64,000 nt of DNA from Bdellovibrionales bacterium (GCA_965203275.1 OZ241865.1:928001-992000), one strand, 5' to 3'. Numbered from the stretch's first letter, positions 38,772-54,253 are shown. Program-made: numbers and translations. Notes: generated by a model from the sequence alone, not told the origin.

Positions 38772-41199
38772 AATAGATTTCCTCAAGCCATTCCTCAAGC
38801 ATTTACTTGTCAGCATTTTATTGATGGCATCCATCGATGTCAATGCCCAAGTCAATGCCCAACAAACTCGTCCTCGCATAGAAATTCCACTTGAAGATAT
38901 AACTGTATCTGTAGATATGGAAGCTGCACGTAACTTTGATGCTAGTCAAATTTCCACTCAACGTCTTAATAATATTCAACACCTTTTAAACCTCCAACAA
39001 ACTGAAATCCAATCAGACCCCATCAAGGTAGAAGCTTTTATTGGACAATTAATGCATGATCGCCAAATTGAGATAGGATTTTTCTCTAAACCGACTATTG
39101 ATCTTTTTATGTCAATGTGTCCTTCAGTTTCTTTATCTGCCAATAGTGGATTGAATACTCTCTGTGAAGTGGTTAAAAATTCAGAAGTCTGTCAAGCTGT
39201 TGAACCAGACGATTTATTGAGTTGTGATGAATTGCATGCAGAGACAATGAGAAACCCTGTTGAATTTTTAGGAGGTTGTACAGAAGGACTATTGGATTCT
39301 GCAAGTCAAATTTTATCTTTTATATGGGATGCCCTCAAACATACTTTCAGTGCGATGATCAGTCCTATAGATACGGCTATTCAACAAAGTCAGGAAGTCT
39401 CTCAATATCTTGCATCTACAAAACTTTATCTTGCTAATGAATACGACAAAGCCTATCAAGAAGCCTCTCCACCTTTTCAAGCAATGAAAGCTGCCAGAGG
39501 TGTTGCTTCTAGTATTGCTAGTTTACTTATAAATAATATTCAAGAGTTTCTTCAAAGTCAGTATCAAGAATTTGGATGCTTAAATTTTCGAGCTAGAATG
39601 GAAACAACTTGTCTCATAGCAGGTGATCTACTGATTCCACCTATGTCGGCTATTCAATTACTTAAATATGGTCCAAAAGCAATCAAAGCATCTTCTCGAC
39701 TCAGTCAGATCATAGCAGAAAAGAAAAGAGTTATACAGACAAGAAGGCTTTCTCGGATAAAAGACCTAGCAGAAAGGAGCCTTAATAAGAGATTAACAAA
39801 TCAACAAGTTCAAGCGATACAGAATGCTCATCTTATAGGTAGAGGGCAACCAGGTGCAGATGGTAGCCCTGCACGTATTGGCAATTACACTTTAGCTCAA
39901 TTAAGAAGAAAAGCAGATATTTTAAAGCAAGCTGGTTTTTCTCCTGCTGAGATCAGAGAGCTTATGGAAGATGGTGTTGTCGGTATTTCTTCCACACGTT
40001 GGGGAAGGCTCATTCATTCCAATAGTTTAAATTATGATCATCGCCCTGAGTATGAGGCATTTCGAAAAGCATTTAATTCTAATAGTATAACGGGTGACAA
40101 TCGATATGTAGAGTTTAATGTTGGAACAGAAAGATTCATAGGTGAGGTCAAAAGCCTTAATCGAAGAAATTCAGAGGTAACCATTGAAACCTTTGACGGT
40201 CAAGTGTTTGAAGTAAAAGGAATAGATGAACTTGAAAAAATAAGTGTTAGTAGTCAGTCTAAATTTTATTTTAAAAGACTATTAGAACTTACAGGAGATA
40301 ATCCAGCAAGAGATGACTTTAGAATAAACTGGAATAGACTTAGCATTGATTATGAACATAATCGATATATTTCTTTTATGTCAGGAAATACGCGACTTCC
40401 TGGAAGAATTATCCAAATGGAAGAAAATAGACTTCTGATTGAGAATCCACAAGGTCAAAGATTTTATATTTCAGGTGATGGCCTTTTACATGTCCAGCAA
40501 AGTTCAAATGCAAGAGATCATTTTAAAAGTTCAGCTCCATCTCCTCTTCTTAATAGGGTTGAATATAATTTTGCAAGTAGAAAATTAAATGATTACCGAT
40601 GGCATGATGGTAGGCTGGTAGAAGTAGATATGCATTCACCTCGCTTGCAAAGATGGGTACGAACAGCAACAGATATTATTACAAAAGAAACAGGCATTCC
40701 TCCTAAGTTAAACAGAGAGCTTTCAACAGAAGAAAGGCATCGTTTGTATGAAGCCTATCTTCGTCGTATTGTACCCATGATCGAAAGTAAAGATAAAGCC
40801 AATTATGCCCAGAAAAGAGGCTGTATTATGCAAGGAGGTAGAGCTACTTTAAGTGAGATTCTTGATAGTCAAGCAGCTGTTTGTAGTGACTTAAGTATGT
40901 TTGCTTCAGTGCTATTATCAGAGTATAATGTAAGATCAAAGATAGTTACTGGAAGGACGAGGGCTGAAACTGCCCCTAGACGTAATGAAAGAGGAGAGGT
41001 TGTCATGGTAGAAGTATCTGAGAACCTCAATAGACATGCTTGGATTCAAATATATGACAGAAATAACAGACCTTTAGAAATTCTGGACAGTAATTACACA
41101 AGAAGTGTACATCCTAATTTTGAAGATTATAGTCAAAACATTAGAGGAGGTGTAAACAGCCATTCAGAACAAGCCTTAGTGAGACCCTTGACCCCTTGA
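38761..41199 (+). CDS. Secreted multidomain protein with C-terminal transglutaminase-like (Cys-His-Asp) domain
   Basis: Signal peptide; Cys-rich N-region; 'AVCSDLSMFASVLL...SKIVTG', 'RHAWIQI', 'EILDS'. Confidence 0.65.
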   Translation: MDFKIDFLKPFLKHLLVSILLMASIDVNAQVNAQQTRPRIEIPLEDITVSVDMEAARNFDASQISTQRLNNIQHLLNLQQTEIQSDPIKVEAFIGQLMHDRQIEIGFFSKPTIDLFMSMCPSVSLSANSGLNTLCEVVKNSEVCQAVEPDDLLSCDELHAETMRNPVEFLGGCTEGLLDSASQILSFIWDALKHTFSAMISPIDTAIQQSQEVSQYLASTKLYLANEYDKAYQEASPPFQAMKAARGVASSIASLLINNIQEFLQSQYQEFGCLNFRARMETTCLIAGDLLIPPMSAIQLLKYGPKAIKASSRLSQIIAEKKRVIQTRRLSRIKDLAERSLNKRLTNQQVQAIQNAHLIGRGQPGADGSPARIGNYTLAQLRRKADILKQAGFSPAEIRELMEDGVVGISSTRWGRLIHSNSLNYDHRPEYEAFRKAFNSNSITGDNRYVEFNVGTERFIGEVKSLNRRNSEVTIETFDGQVFEVKGIDELEKISVSSQSKFYFKRLLELTGDNPARDDFRINWNRLSIDYEHNRYISFMSGNTRLPGRIIQMEENRLLIENPQGQRFYISGDGLLHVQQSSNARDHFKSSAPSPLLNRVEYNFASRKLNDYRWHDGRLVEVDMHSPRLQRWVRTATDIITKETGIPPKLNRELSTEERHRLYEAYLRRIVPMIESKDKANYAQKRGCIMQGGRATLSEILDSQAAVCSDLSMFASVLLSEYNVRSKIVTGRTRAETAPRRNERGEVVMVEVSENLNRHAWIQIYDRNNRPLEILDSNYTRSVHPNFEDYSQNIRGGVNSHSEQALVRPLTP

Positions 41200-41220
41200 T
41201 CATTTATCCTTAACCATTCT

Positions 41221-42315
41221 TTTCACTCAAAATGCATCATGCCTCTGTTTCCCTAAAATTGAACTAGCCTCTGGCTACTTTTGGGCAGTTAGCCCGACGA
41301 CTGTCGTCGTCGATCAAAGGCTAACTGCCTCAAAAGCTTGTTCAATTTTAGGAAGAAGGATGTCCTCATTTCTTAACACCATGTTAAGGAAAAAGATTTC
41401 CTTCTGATGTTTGTCTGACAGCTATCGCTGTCTAAAAAGAGCAATGCCTCAAAAATCCGCTCATTTTGAGTAGGGCGGATCTCCTTGCTTCTGACACCAT
41501 GTTAGGGAAACAAGATATGCTTCTATTTCACTCAAAATGCATCATGCCTCTGGCTACTTTTGGGCAGTTAGCCCGACGACTGTCGTCGTCGATCAAAGGC
41601 TAACTGCCTCAAAAGCTTGTTCAATTTTAGGAAGAAGGATGTCCTCATTTCTTAACACCATGTTAAGGAAAAAGATTTCCTTCTGATGTTTGTCTGACAG
41701 CTATCGCTGTCTAAAAAGAGCAATGCCTCAAAAATCCGCTCATTTTGAGTAGGGCGGATCTCCTTGCTTCTGACACCATGTTAGGGAAACAAGATATGCT
41801 TCTATTTCACTCAAAATGCATCATGCCTCTGGCTACTTTTGGGCAGTTAGCCCGACGACTGTCGTCGTCGATCAAAGGCTAACTGCCTCAAAAGCTTGTT
41901 CAATTTTAGGAAGAAGGATGTCCTCATTTCTTAACACCATGTTAAGGAAAAAGATTTCCTTCTGATGTTTGTCTGACAGCTATCGCTGTCTAAAAAGAGC
42001 AATGTCGTTCGTTCACTAAAAGTGGTCTAGCCTCTGGCTACTTTCTGGCAATGACCGCGTTTGTCTCACTAAAAATAAACCAGCCTCTGGCTGTTTTTGG
42101 ACAATCAGCCCGACGGCTCTCGCCGTCGATAAAAGGCTGATTGCCTCAAAAATCCGTTTATTTTTAGTAGGAAGAATCCTCTTGTCTCTTTACACGATGT
42201 TAAGGAAACAAGATGTTTACTTCACGTTGGCAAAATGGTCATTGCCTCAAAAATCCGCTCATTTTGAGTAGGGGAGGATATCCTCGTCTCTTGACCGCAT
42301 GTTAAGGAAAATGTG
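41221..42315. repeat. Element A cluster including ~2.7 tandem copies of a 279-bp composite unit
   Basis: Identical blocks recur with period 279 (e.g. TTCACTCAAAATGCATCATGCC near 41528 and 41807); further copies at 42011-42315. Confidence 0.92.
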
Positions 42316-42348
42316 TCCATGTTGGCTTGCAGTATTGGAATGTTTAAC

Positions 42349-43494
42349 TTATATAGTTAAGGGTTGTTTAGTGGTATCTTTGAAATGCTTATTTGGAAGA
42401 CTTCCTTCAAATATGTTTAGAGTGATCACACCTTTATCTTTCGTAATAATATCAAATACAAAATGTAGCGGATTCATATCTTTGCTAATCCAACGCATTT
42501 TTAGAGACATAATAGAATCTGACACAAATTGAATATTATATTTGTAGTTGGTTGTATTGGATTTCCTTTTAAAATTTTGTATATCTTGCTCAAAATAAAA
42601 CATTAAAAATATCTTTTTGTTACCTTTATCTACAGCCGTCATATCAAATATCTCAAATATTTGAAAGTTTCCTTTTAAATCTAATTTGCCTTTGATGTAT
42701 GTTGTAAGATGTGTATGTCCTTTATTGAAAGAGTAGTAAGGCATGGACATCAAAGAACCAGGTTGGGAGTTATTCCAATACTTAAATCCATAAGTAATTT
42801 GCTTTGTTTTATTACCAAGTACTTTAGAGAGTTCGAGAGCCTGTTCAGACATTGTTTTTATAGAATGAAACGTAAATAGCCTTGGAGATGATGTTAGATT
42901 TAATGCAAGAAAAGCTTCTACTTGTGACTTATAATTTTTAAAGTCAATTTGTCTGCTACCATCCATAATGGCTTTTTTAATTTTACGAAACATATCCTTA
43001 GAGATTATATGAACTTCAGTTATTGATCCCTTATTCGTAAAAATGACTCTGAGCTGATCAGGAAGATCTTCTATGTCATCCTCCATATCTGACTGGGACG
43101 GAAGAATAAAGAATTTTTTTTGACCATCCATAACAAGAACTACGTCTTTTATTAAATATTGTTCCATTTCATCTAGAGTATTACTTTTATATGCTAAGTT
43201 TGGATATGCAGTGATTCTTTTATTACCATTATACATACCATACATAAAAAAGTTATTTTTTGTTTTTCGAGATACAGACCATTTAGAAACAATTTGGAAG
43301 TTTCTTCTTAATATATCCACATAGCTTATAATGAGTTTTTCATAGTTTCTTACAGATGTCTGAATGTTTCTAGATCTCAAATAATTTTTATTTTGCTCTT
43401 GAATGCTTTGATAAGATTGGAATCGAGATTTTGTTGTTGTACATCCAATAAAAAGTATCAAAAAAAACAAGAAATAATAATTCAATTTTTTCAT
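42349..43494 (-). CDS. Hypothetical lipoprotein
   Basis: Lipobox 'FIGC'; AAAGGA RBS; 381 aa. Confidence 0.7.
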   Translation of the reverse strand: MKKLNYYFLFFLILFIGCTTTKSRFQSYQSIQEQNKNYLRSRNIQTSVRNYEKLIISYVDILRRNFQIVSKWSVSRKTKNNFFMYGMYNGNKRITAYPNLAYKSNTLDEMEQYLIKDVVLVMDGQKKFFILPSQSDMEDDIEDLPDQLRVIFTNKGSITEVHIISKDMFRKIKKAIMDGSRQIDFKNYKSQVEAFLALNLTSSPRLFTFHSIKTMSEQALELSKVLGNKTKQITYGFKYWNNSQPGSLMSMPYYSFNKGHTHLTTYIKGKLDLKGNFQIFEIFDMTAVDKGNKKIFLMFYFEQDIQNFKRKSNTTNYKYNIQFVSDSIMSLKMRWISKDMNPLHFVFDIITKDKGVITLNIFEGSLPNKHFKDTTKQPLTI

Positions 43495-43579
43495 AATACA
43501 CTATCCTTTTTAAGATAACTTTTTTATCTTAACTTATCTTAACTTCAAGACATTGTCAATAACTGGTATAAGTTTTTCT

Positions 43580-43667
43580 TCCTGAGTTTGATAGCCTGAA
43601 AAAATAAAGTAAAAAATAAAGTTGTGAGATTTCAGTAAGTTATGAGTGCAATAAGATTTTGTGCCAC
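43580..43667 (+). repeat. Element B copy
   Basis: TCCTGAGTTTGATAGCCTG...AAAATAAAGTTGTGAGATTTCAGTAAGTTATGAGTGCAATAAGATTTTGTGCCAC. Confidence 0.8.
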
Positions 43668-43899
43668 GAATTTTTTTGTGAAAAAGTCTGTAGGATTTTT
43701 GACAAAATCTAAAATCCACTTACTCTTAATACCTATAAATAAAGCATTTTTTGTGAAAAAGATCACTAAAATCAATTGTCAAACTTAAGGCCAAAAACTG
43801 CTTCAGTATCACAGATTTTAGCACCACCAGAAACTTCGGCATTGCCATAGAATAATTTAGAAGCAGGTATCAGGGTTCACCATAGCGACAGACAGTGAC

Positions 43900-44520
43900 C
43901 TATAAGTTTGTGTCACGGACAACATCATTGCCATTAACTATAGTATCGGCAAGGAGTACAGCATTGCCAAAAACTTGAGCATAGCCATAGACCTGAGCAT
44001 TATAAGTAACTATAGCATTGCCCCAGACTCTAGCACTGCCAAAAACCTGAGCATTGACAAAGATGATAGCACTGCCAAAGACCATAGCATAGCCATAGAC
44101 CTGAGCCTTGCCAAAGACCTCAGCATCGCCAAAGACTTCAGCATTGTTATAAACCCTAGCACGGCCAAAGACCCCAGCATCGCCAAAGACTTCAGCATGG
44201 CCATAGACCCTAGCATAGTCAGAGACTATAGCATTGCCAGAAACCCTAGCATAACCATAGACCTTAGCATAACGAGAGACCTTAGCATTGTCAGAAACCT
44301 CAGCATGGCCAAAGACTTCAGCATAATCGCAAACAGTAACATTTGGCCCTACATAAGCTGTATCCGCTACATAAGCTGTATTTGCTACAAACCCACCACC
44401 ATTAGCATGGTAACGGCCTTCAATGCCTTCGCCACAAGGTGTGTCTGCTAAAGCAAATACACTTAACGACATACTCAATAAACATGTTGTGATCATCATA
44501 TTTGCATTTATAAAATTCAT
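43900..44520 (-). CDS. Secreted hexapeptide-repeat (left-handed beta-helix) protein
   Basis: AGGAGA RBS before ATG 44520; signal peptide; 'HANGGGFVA.TA.V' then about 20 'GxAxVY/F' repeats. Confidence 0.8.
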   Translation of the reverse strand: MNFINANMMITTCLLSMSLSVFALADTPCGEGIEGRYHANGGGFVANTAYVADTAYVGPNVTVCDYAEVFGHAEVSDNAKVSRYAKVYGYARVSGNAIVSDYARVYGHAEVFGDAGVFGRARVYNNAEVFGDAEVFGKAQVYGYAMVFGSAIIFVNAQVFGSARVWGNAIVTYNAQVYGYAQVFGNAVLLADTIVNGNDVVRDTNL

Positions 44521-44619
44521 AAGTTCTCCTTTTTGTTCATGATTTAGAATTAGAAGCTTACACCTAATGAAAAGATATCTTGTTTTCTTAATATTGTAAA
44601 GAAACAAGAGGATCCATTT

Positions 44620-44742
44620 TCCATGATCTGGGATCTGAGATCTGGGATCCGGCATCCCAGCAACAAGAAGAAAAGAGCTTTTTCCTTAACATTTCACTCA
44701 AAATAAATCATGCCAGAGGCATGATGCATTTTGAGTGAAATT
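44620..44742. repeat. GATCT/GATCC heptamers plus element A fold-back stub directly downstream of 23S
   Basis: TTTCACTCAAAAT...CATGCCAGAGGCATG...ATTTTGAGTGAAA. Confidence 0.75.
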
Positions 44743-44838
44743 GAACCAGCTCAAATTAATAGTTTCTAGCTAAGGGTAGGAGGTGAATCTATTTCAAAAA
44801 ATTATTAAAAATTATTACTTTAGGAACATAAAAAGATT

Positions 44839-47859
<3,021 letters not shown>

Positions 47860-48002
47860 TAAAATTATGTACCTAAAATAATTACTTAAAAAATATTCCT
47901 CAGCTAGAAACTACCAATTTGAACTTTTTTTAATTCATAATTCATATTGGTAATTATTTTTCAAATAAAACCAAAGCAAAGTCATATATTTATTTTAAGT
48001 TG

Positions 48003-48056
48003 TTTACTTTAAGTTTTTTACTTAAAGTTTTTTACTTAAAGTTTCTTACTTAAAGT
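48003..48056. repeat. ~4 x 14-bp tandem repeat (TTTTTACTTAAAGT) in the rRNA spacer
   Basis: Read directly. Confidence 0.7.
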
Positions 48057-48133
48057 ATGACTAAAAATAAATAAACCAAGCCATTGATTTTACTTGTACT
48101 TACAGACTATTCTCTTCAATTTTCAAAGAACAT

Positions 48134-48210
<77 letters not shown>

Positions 48211-48759
48211 CTCTTCCCTAAAAGCAGACTAACTAATTTAAAGAAGGATGACTCTCTTGCCCTTTTACAAAAGGAAACAAGTAGCCTTTCCCTTAACCTG
48301 TAACAGCTTTTTTCTTTAACAAAATAAGCAACACCTCATTTTGTTACCTCAAAAATTTATGCATTTTGAGTAATGAGGATATTCTTATCTTTTAAACCCT
48401 GTTACAGAAAATGACTTCCTATATCTGCCTTTTATTATAACATCATTTTCTATCAGTTGTGCCTAATAACTCAATAGCTATTTTTTATAATAATACTTCT
48501 TAAATTTTGTCTTTCCCTCAAAATGACCTAACCTCTTGCTATTAGAAAATATGCCAGAGATATGGTGCATTTTAAAGAAAATAAACTTCGCTCTTTCAAA
48601 CCTAAATAGCTAGCTATAATTTTGCCTGTGCAAAAAGGAGACACCTTAATATGAAAGAATTTCAAAATAAGGTGTATTGACCACAAGTCCTTTGTTTCAG
48701 CAAATAAACAATAGGAGGTAATACTTAAACTAAAACAAAGGCTTTTTAAAAGCTCCTTA

Positions 48760-50284
<1,525 letters not shown>

Positions 50285-50369
50285 AAAAAAACAAAACTTC
50301 TCTTGCGAGAAGTGAAGTTTTTAAAAAATAAATCTTCTGCACAAGCTTTTTACAAACTAGCTATTTAGA

Positions 50370-50381
50370 TTTCAAAGAACG
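50370..50381 (-). promoter_or_regulatory. rrn boxA-like antitermination site (second copy at ~48121-48131)
   Basis: GTTCTTTGAAA on the minus strand upstream of 16S and after tRNA-Ile. Confidence 0.6.
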
Positions 50382-50662
50382 AAAAAATTAACTTTTTAGC
50401 TAATTCTTTAGCCTAAAGTAAAAGAAAAATACAGTCAAACTTTAATTTTGAATAAAATTTAATGCACTGTGACTAGGAAAGAGAGTTTACTGATACAAGT
50501 TTTTGTGGTTTTAGCTTTCTTTTGTTTATTGTTTTATATTCCACATAAGCTTATAAAACTCAAAAAAGTCTAAGCTTACGCATTTGATCTCTTGAACGAA
50601 AAAATCCTCCTAAGGACAAAATGGATCAAGCAAGACAGAAATAAAAAACTCAATAAGGAAGC

Positions 50663-50908
50663 TTGCAAATGCTATCAGATAAAATCATTGATAAAAAAGG
50701 ATATTCTTTTAACAAAGTAACCGATAGCTTTTTTGATCTACAACCTCAGTTGACAACTCGATCGCCCTTACGTTATCCAGGAGGAAAGAGCCGAGCTGTG
50801 TCGGCTATCCTTCCTTATATACCAGCAGGTACAAAAAAAATCTGTTCTCCTTTTTTTGGTGGAGGTTCTTTAGAACTTGCTTTGATGAGTCGTGGCATGA
50901 CAATATAA
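50663..50908 (+). pseudogene. N-terminal fragment of a Dam/D12-class DNA adenine methyltransferase
   Basis: 'RSPLRYPGGKSRAV...SPFFGGGSLEL' then stop; no DPPY downstream. Confidence 0.75.
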
Positions 50909-50938
50909 AGCTTTAAGACTTCTAATGTAATGTGAAAA

Positions 50939-51376
50939 TCATGTGGGCTTTTCTTTATCTTTAGCATGTTCTTTTTTCACGTCTTTACCTTTATTGATTA
51001 AAAGCCCATATAATTCATCGAACTTTCGGTCAAATTTCTCTTCCATGGCTTTTATCTGTGTAGGTATATGATTGTATACTTGCTCTCCGATAGGCTTAAT
51101 TGTAGCATCTATATATTCCCTCAAGTTACTCTCTGATTTGTTTACCAATTCTCTTAAGTTACTCTCTGATTTGTTTACTAATTCCCTTAAGTTACTCTCT
51201 GATTTGTTTACTAATTCCCTTAAGTTACTCTCTGATTTGTCGATCCGTTCATTAAAAGATCTAGTCGCTCTATCATAAAACATAAAGCCAATAACAAAGC
51301 CAATAATAGATAGACTTATAATTGTCATTAGGTCTGTAGTTTTAAGTATCTCTAAAATAAAAACTTGCCATCCCAT
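50939..51376 (-). CDS. Hypothetical TM + coiled-coil protein with 33-bp repeats
   Basis: AGGAGG RBS; TM; (KSESNLRELVN) x ~4. Confidence 0.75.
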   Translation of the reverse strand: MGWQVFILEILKTTDLMTIISLSIIGFVIGFMFYDRATRSFNERIDKSESNLRELVNKSESNLRELVNKSESNLRELVNKSESNLREYIDATIKPIGEQVYNHIPTQIKAMEEKFDRKFDELYGLLINKGKDVKKEHAKDKEKPT

Positions 51377-51699
51377 AAAGGACCTCCTATTTGTATCTTA
51401 ACATATATAATAAAAAAAGTTATAATAAAAAAAGTACATCATCATACATTATGATCTAAAGCTAAAGCTTGTCTAGCAAAAAACACAGGAACATACTATG
51501 CAAGGCTTAGTCTGATTAATCAAATTTTTATAGGGTTGGACTTATTCTGTAGCTTTGGCTCTTTAGCTTTAGCTTTGGCATTTAGCAATACCTTCGCAAT
51601 CTCAAGGTAGCCTTCCCATTCTCTGAAATATTCTTGACTTGATAGATGTATGAAATTAGATGATAAGAGATTCAAGGAGGGGAAATTGAAAAAAGGAAC

Positions 51700-52150
51700 T
51701 TTTTCCTTAACATGGTATTTATCCGGGATCCGGGATCCGGCAATCAGGCAGACAGGCAAGGATAAGGCGAACTGCTTGTTTCCTTAACATTGTGTAAAAA
51801 AACGAAGAGATCCTTTCTACTAAAAGTGGTCAGGCTTTTGAGGTGATGACCATTTTATCGACGGCGTGAGCCGTCGTGGTCATCACCCAAAAGTGACCAG
51901 AGGTCAGTTTACTTTTAGTGCAAATCAAATGAGGCAATGACCATTTTGTCAAAGGCGAAAAAAGTGAAATAAATAGCTTTTTCCTTAACATCGTGTTAAA
52001 AGAGGAAATGATCCTCCTTACTAAAAGTAAACGGATTTTTGAGGCAATCAGCCTTTGATCGACGGCGTGAGCCGTCGGGCTGATTGCCCAAAAACAGCCA
52101 GAGGCTGGTTTACTTTTAGTGAAACAGAGGTCAGACCACTTTTAGTGAAA
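51700..52150. repeat. Element A cluster (two full copies, partial and nested stub, GGATCC heptamers)
   Basis: CGACGGC-GTGA-GCCGTCG hairpins; CAGCC-AGA-GGCTG; GTGAAA|CAGAGG junction near 52124. Confidence 0.9.
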
Positions 52151-52207
52151 ATAGAATACGTACGGGTAGCCGAAAATCATCGAAATTAGACAATAAAAGG
52201 CCCAAAT

Positions 52208-52894
52208 ATGCAAGTGACAGGTCTTTCTTATACTTATAAAAAGCATTTTAGTTTAAGAGATGTTGATTTAGAGTTAAAGCAAGGACAAGTGGCTTTTCTT
52301 TTTGGTCGCAATGGAAGTGGAAAAACCACTCTCTTTAACTTAATCGCAGGTATTTTAAGGCCTTTATCAGGAGATATCCAAGTTTCTTTAGAATCACTAT
52401 TTTATTTACCTGCTTCTCCTTATTTAGACAATGGTCTTTTAGTCAATGATGTTTATGATATTTTAGGTTGTAATCAAAGTCTTACAAAACAAAATGGAGA
52501 ATGTTTAAAGACAGAGACTTTGCGTTTTAAGTCCATCTCACAAATTTCTTCTGGTGAATACAAGCGAGTTTGGTTGGTGGCTGCTTTAAGTTCAGGTTGC
52601 CAAGTGTTATTACTAGATGAGCCTTTGGTCTATTTAGATTGGCCTTTTCAAAATATTTTGCAAAAATTATTGATTGAAAGATCCCAACAAGGACAGTCTT
52701 TTCTCATTACGACACATAATTTTAATTGGTCTTTAGGCTTTCCAGAGGCTTATGCATGGATTTTGCCCCCTCCCCTCCATAAGTACAGGATGATCGATGC
52801 ATTAAAAAGCAATAAATTTAAAAAAACTTTCCAGTCTGAAACAAAAATAGCCGATAACCCTTTAAACGGGAAAAAAATCCTTATTTTATCTTAA
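52208..52894 (+). CDS. ABC transporter ATP-binding protein
   Basis: GRNGSGKTT, ISSGE, LLLDEP, TTH. Confidence 0.9.
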   Translation: MQVTGLSYTYKKHFSLRDVDLELKQGQVAFLFGRNGSGKTTLFNLIAGILRPLSGDIQVSLESLFYLPASPYLDNGLLVNDVYDILGCNQSLTKQNGECLKTETLRFKSISQISSGEYKRVWLVAALSSGCQVLLLDEPLVYLDWPFQNILQKLLIERSQQGQSFLITTHNFNWSLGFPEAYAWILPPPLHKYRMIDALKSNKFKKTFQSETKIADNPLNGKKILILS

Positions 52895-52969
52895 GTCCTT
52901 AAGTCATCTTTAAGATAGCTTTGTAGGATGTTATTAGGTCATTAAAGGTAAGAAAAGGTAGGAAAGGCT

Positions 52970-54199
52970 ATGTATCAAAATCATCGTAATATGAATAAAA
53001 AAATATTAGGCTTTATTGTATTCTCCATTGCACTGCATGCTTTGATGATCTATGTTATTGCGGAGCAGAATGCTCCTCAGCAGAATATAGAACCTATTGA
53101 GTTTATTGAAAGTCCAGCTCAGGATTTAGTTGAAAAAGAACCTCCTATGAACCCAAAGCTTCAACAGCCTCAAAAAGCAATCCAGAAAAAACCACAACCT
53201 CGATCTTATAAGCCAAAACCTCCTGTCGCTAAACTCCCTCAAAGGCAAAAAGTTCCTCAAAAAAAACAACCCCCTCCACCTCCTCCAAAGACAAATATTT
53301 TAGCTAAATCACCTGCTGTAAAAGTAAAAAGCTCATCAGATATAAAAAAAACTGTGACTCAGACAGAGAATGCTCATTTGGCCAATAAATCTCTTCCTGT
53401 GGAATCAGAGCCTCAACAGATGAACAATGTTTTAGATGAGTTACCTGCTGTCCCTTTAGAGCAGAAAGCTGTGACCCAAACAGACAAATCTATTCCTAGT
53501 GAAGTGATTTCAAACGAGGTTGCTCAATCTGCACCAGATGTACCAGATGAATCTGTAACAGATGCATCTCATTTAGAAGATTCATCTGTGGTTAGAGAAG
53601 AAATACAACAAGCAGAGGAAGAAGCTATGAAAGGTGTAGGCGGACCTGTTCAATATAGTCAAAGTGATATAAACTCTCAAGATCCCAATATGATGGAAAG
53701 TAGAGATTCTCAATTAGAGGCCAAACAAGTAACTTCAAGAGATCGACAAAATAATAGACAAAATAATATAGGATCTTTACAGCCGTCTCATCAACGCCCT
53801 ATACAAAGGACACAAAGACAAAATCTCCCTCACAAAGCTGTGTCTTCAAAAGGTGTTCCATCGCAGTGGAAGGGGCAATCCACAGGTCAACAGCCTTCTC
53901 AAATCAATATTTTAAAGCCTACGAGCTTTAAATATCCTACTGTAAGTCGCCGTTTAAAAGAGGAAGGGAGTGCTGTTTTACGTATATTATTTGATGAACG
54001 AGGGCAACCTCAAAGAGTCGATATTATAGAGTCCACAGGTTCTAATAACCTAGATAGAGCTGCCTTACAAGGTATACGTACCTTAAGAATAAAACCCCTA
54101 GGTCATCCCTTTATTTATGAACTACCCGTTCGTTTTCAGTTAGACTTAAGCGATCATGATCTGAATCAATCGGTCTTTCTGAATGCCAATAATTTCTAA
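52970..54199 (+). CDS. TonB family protein
   Basis: 'SIALH' TM, Pro-rich linker, C-terminal 'YPTVSRRLKEEG...ESTG...LDRAA...PVRF'. Confidence 0.88.
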   Translation: MYQNHRNMNKKILGFIVFSIALHALMIYVIAEQNAPQQNIEPIEFIESPAQDLVEKEPPMNPKLQQPQKAIQKKPQPRSYKPKPPVAKLPQRQKVPQKKQPPPPPPKTNILAKSPAVKVKSSSDIKKTVTQTENAHLANKSLPVESEPQQMNNVLDELPAVPLEQKAVTQTDKSIPSEVISNEVAQSAPDVPDESVTDASHLEDSSVVREEIQQAEEEAMKGVGGPVQYSQSDINSQDPNMMESRDSQLEAKQVTSRDRQNNRQNNIGSLQPSHQRPIQRTQRQNLPHKAVSSKGVPSQWKGQSTGQQPSQINILKPTSFKYPTVSRRLKEEGSAVLRILFDERGQPQRVDIIESTGSNNLDRAALQGIRTLRIKPLGHPFIYELPVRFQLDLSDHDLNQSVFLNANNF

Positions 54200-54253
54200 A
54201 AAAATCTAAAAGCCCTTGCTTATGTTATAAAATGGTATTATAATATAATTACT

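Noticed and set aside
43760..43895. Degenerate hexapeptide codons ('YGNAEVSGGAKI') downstream of the beta-helix gene
   Set aside because: Short and interrupted; at most a decayed duplicate, not callable.
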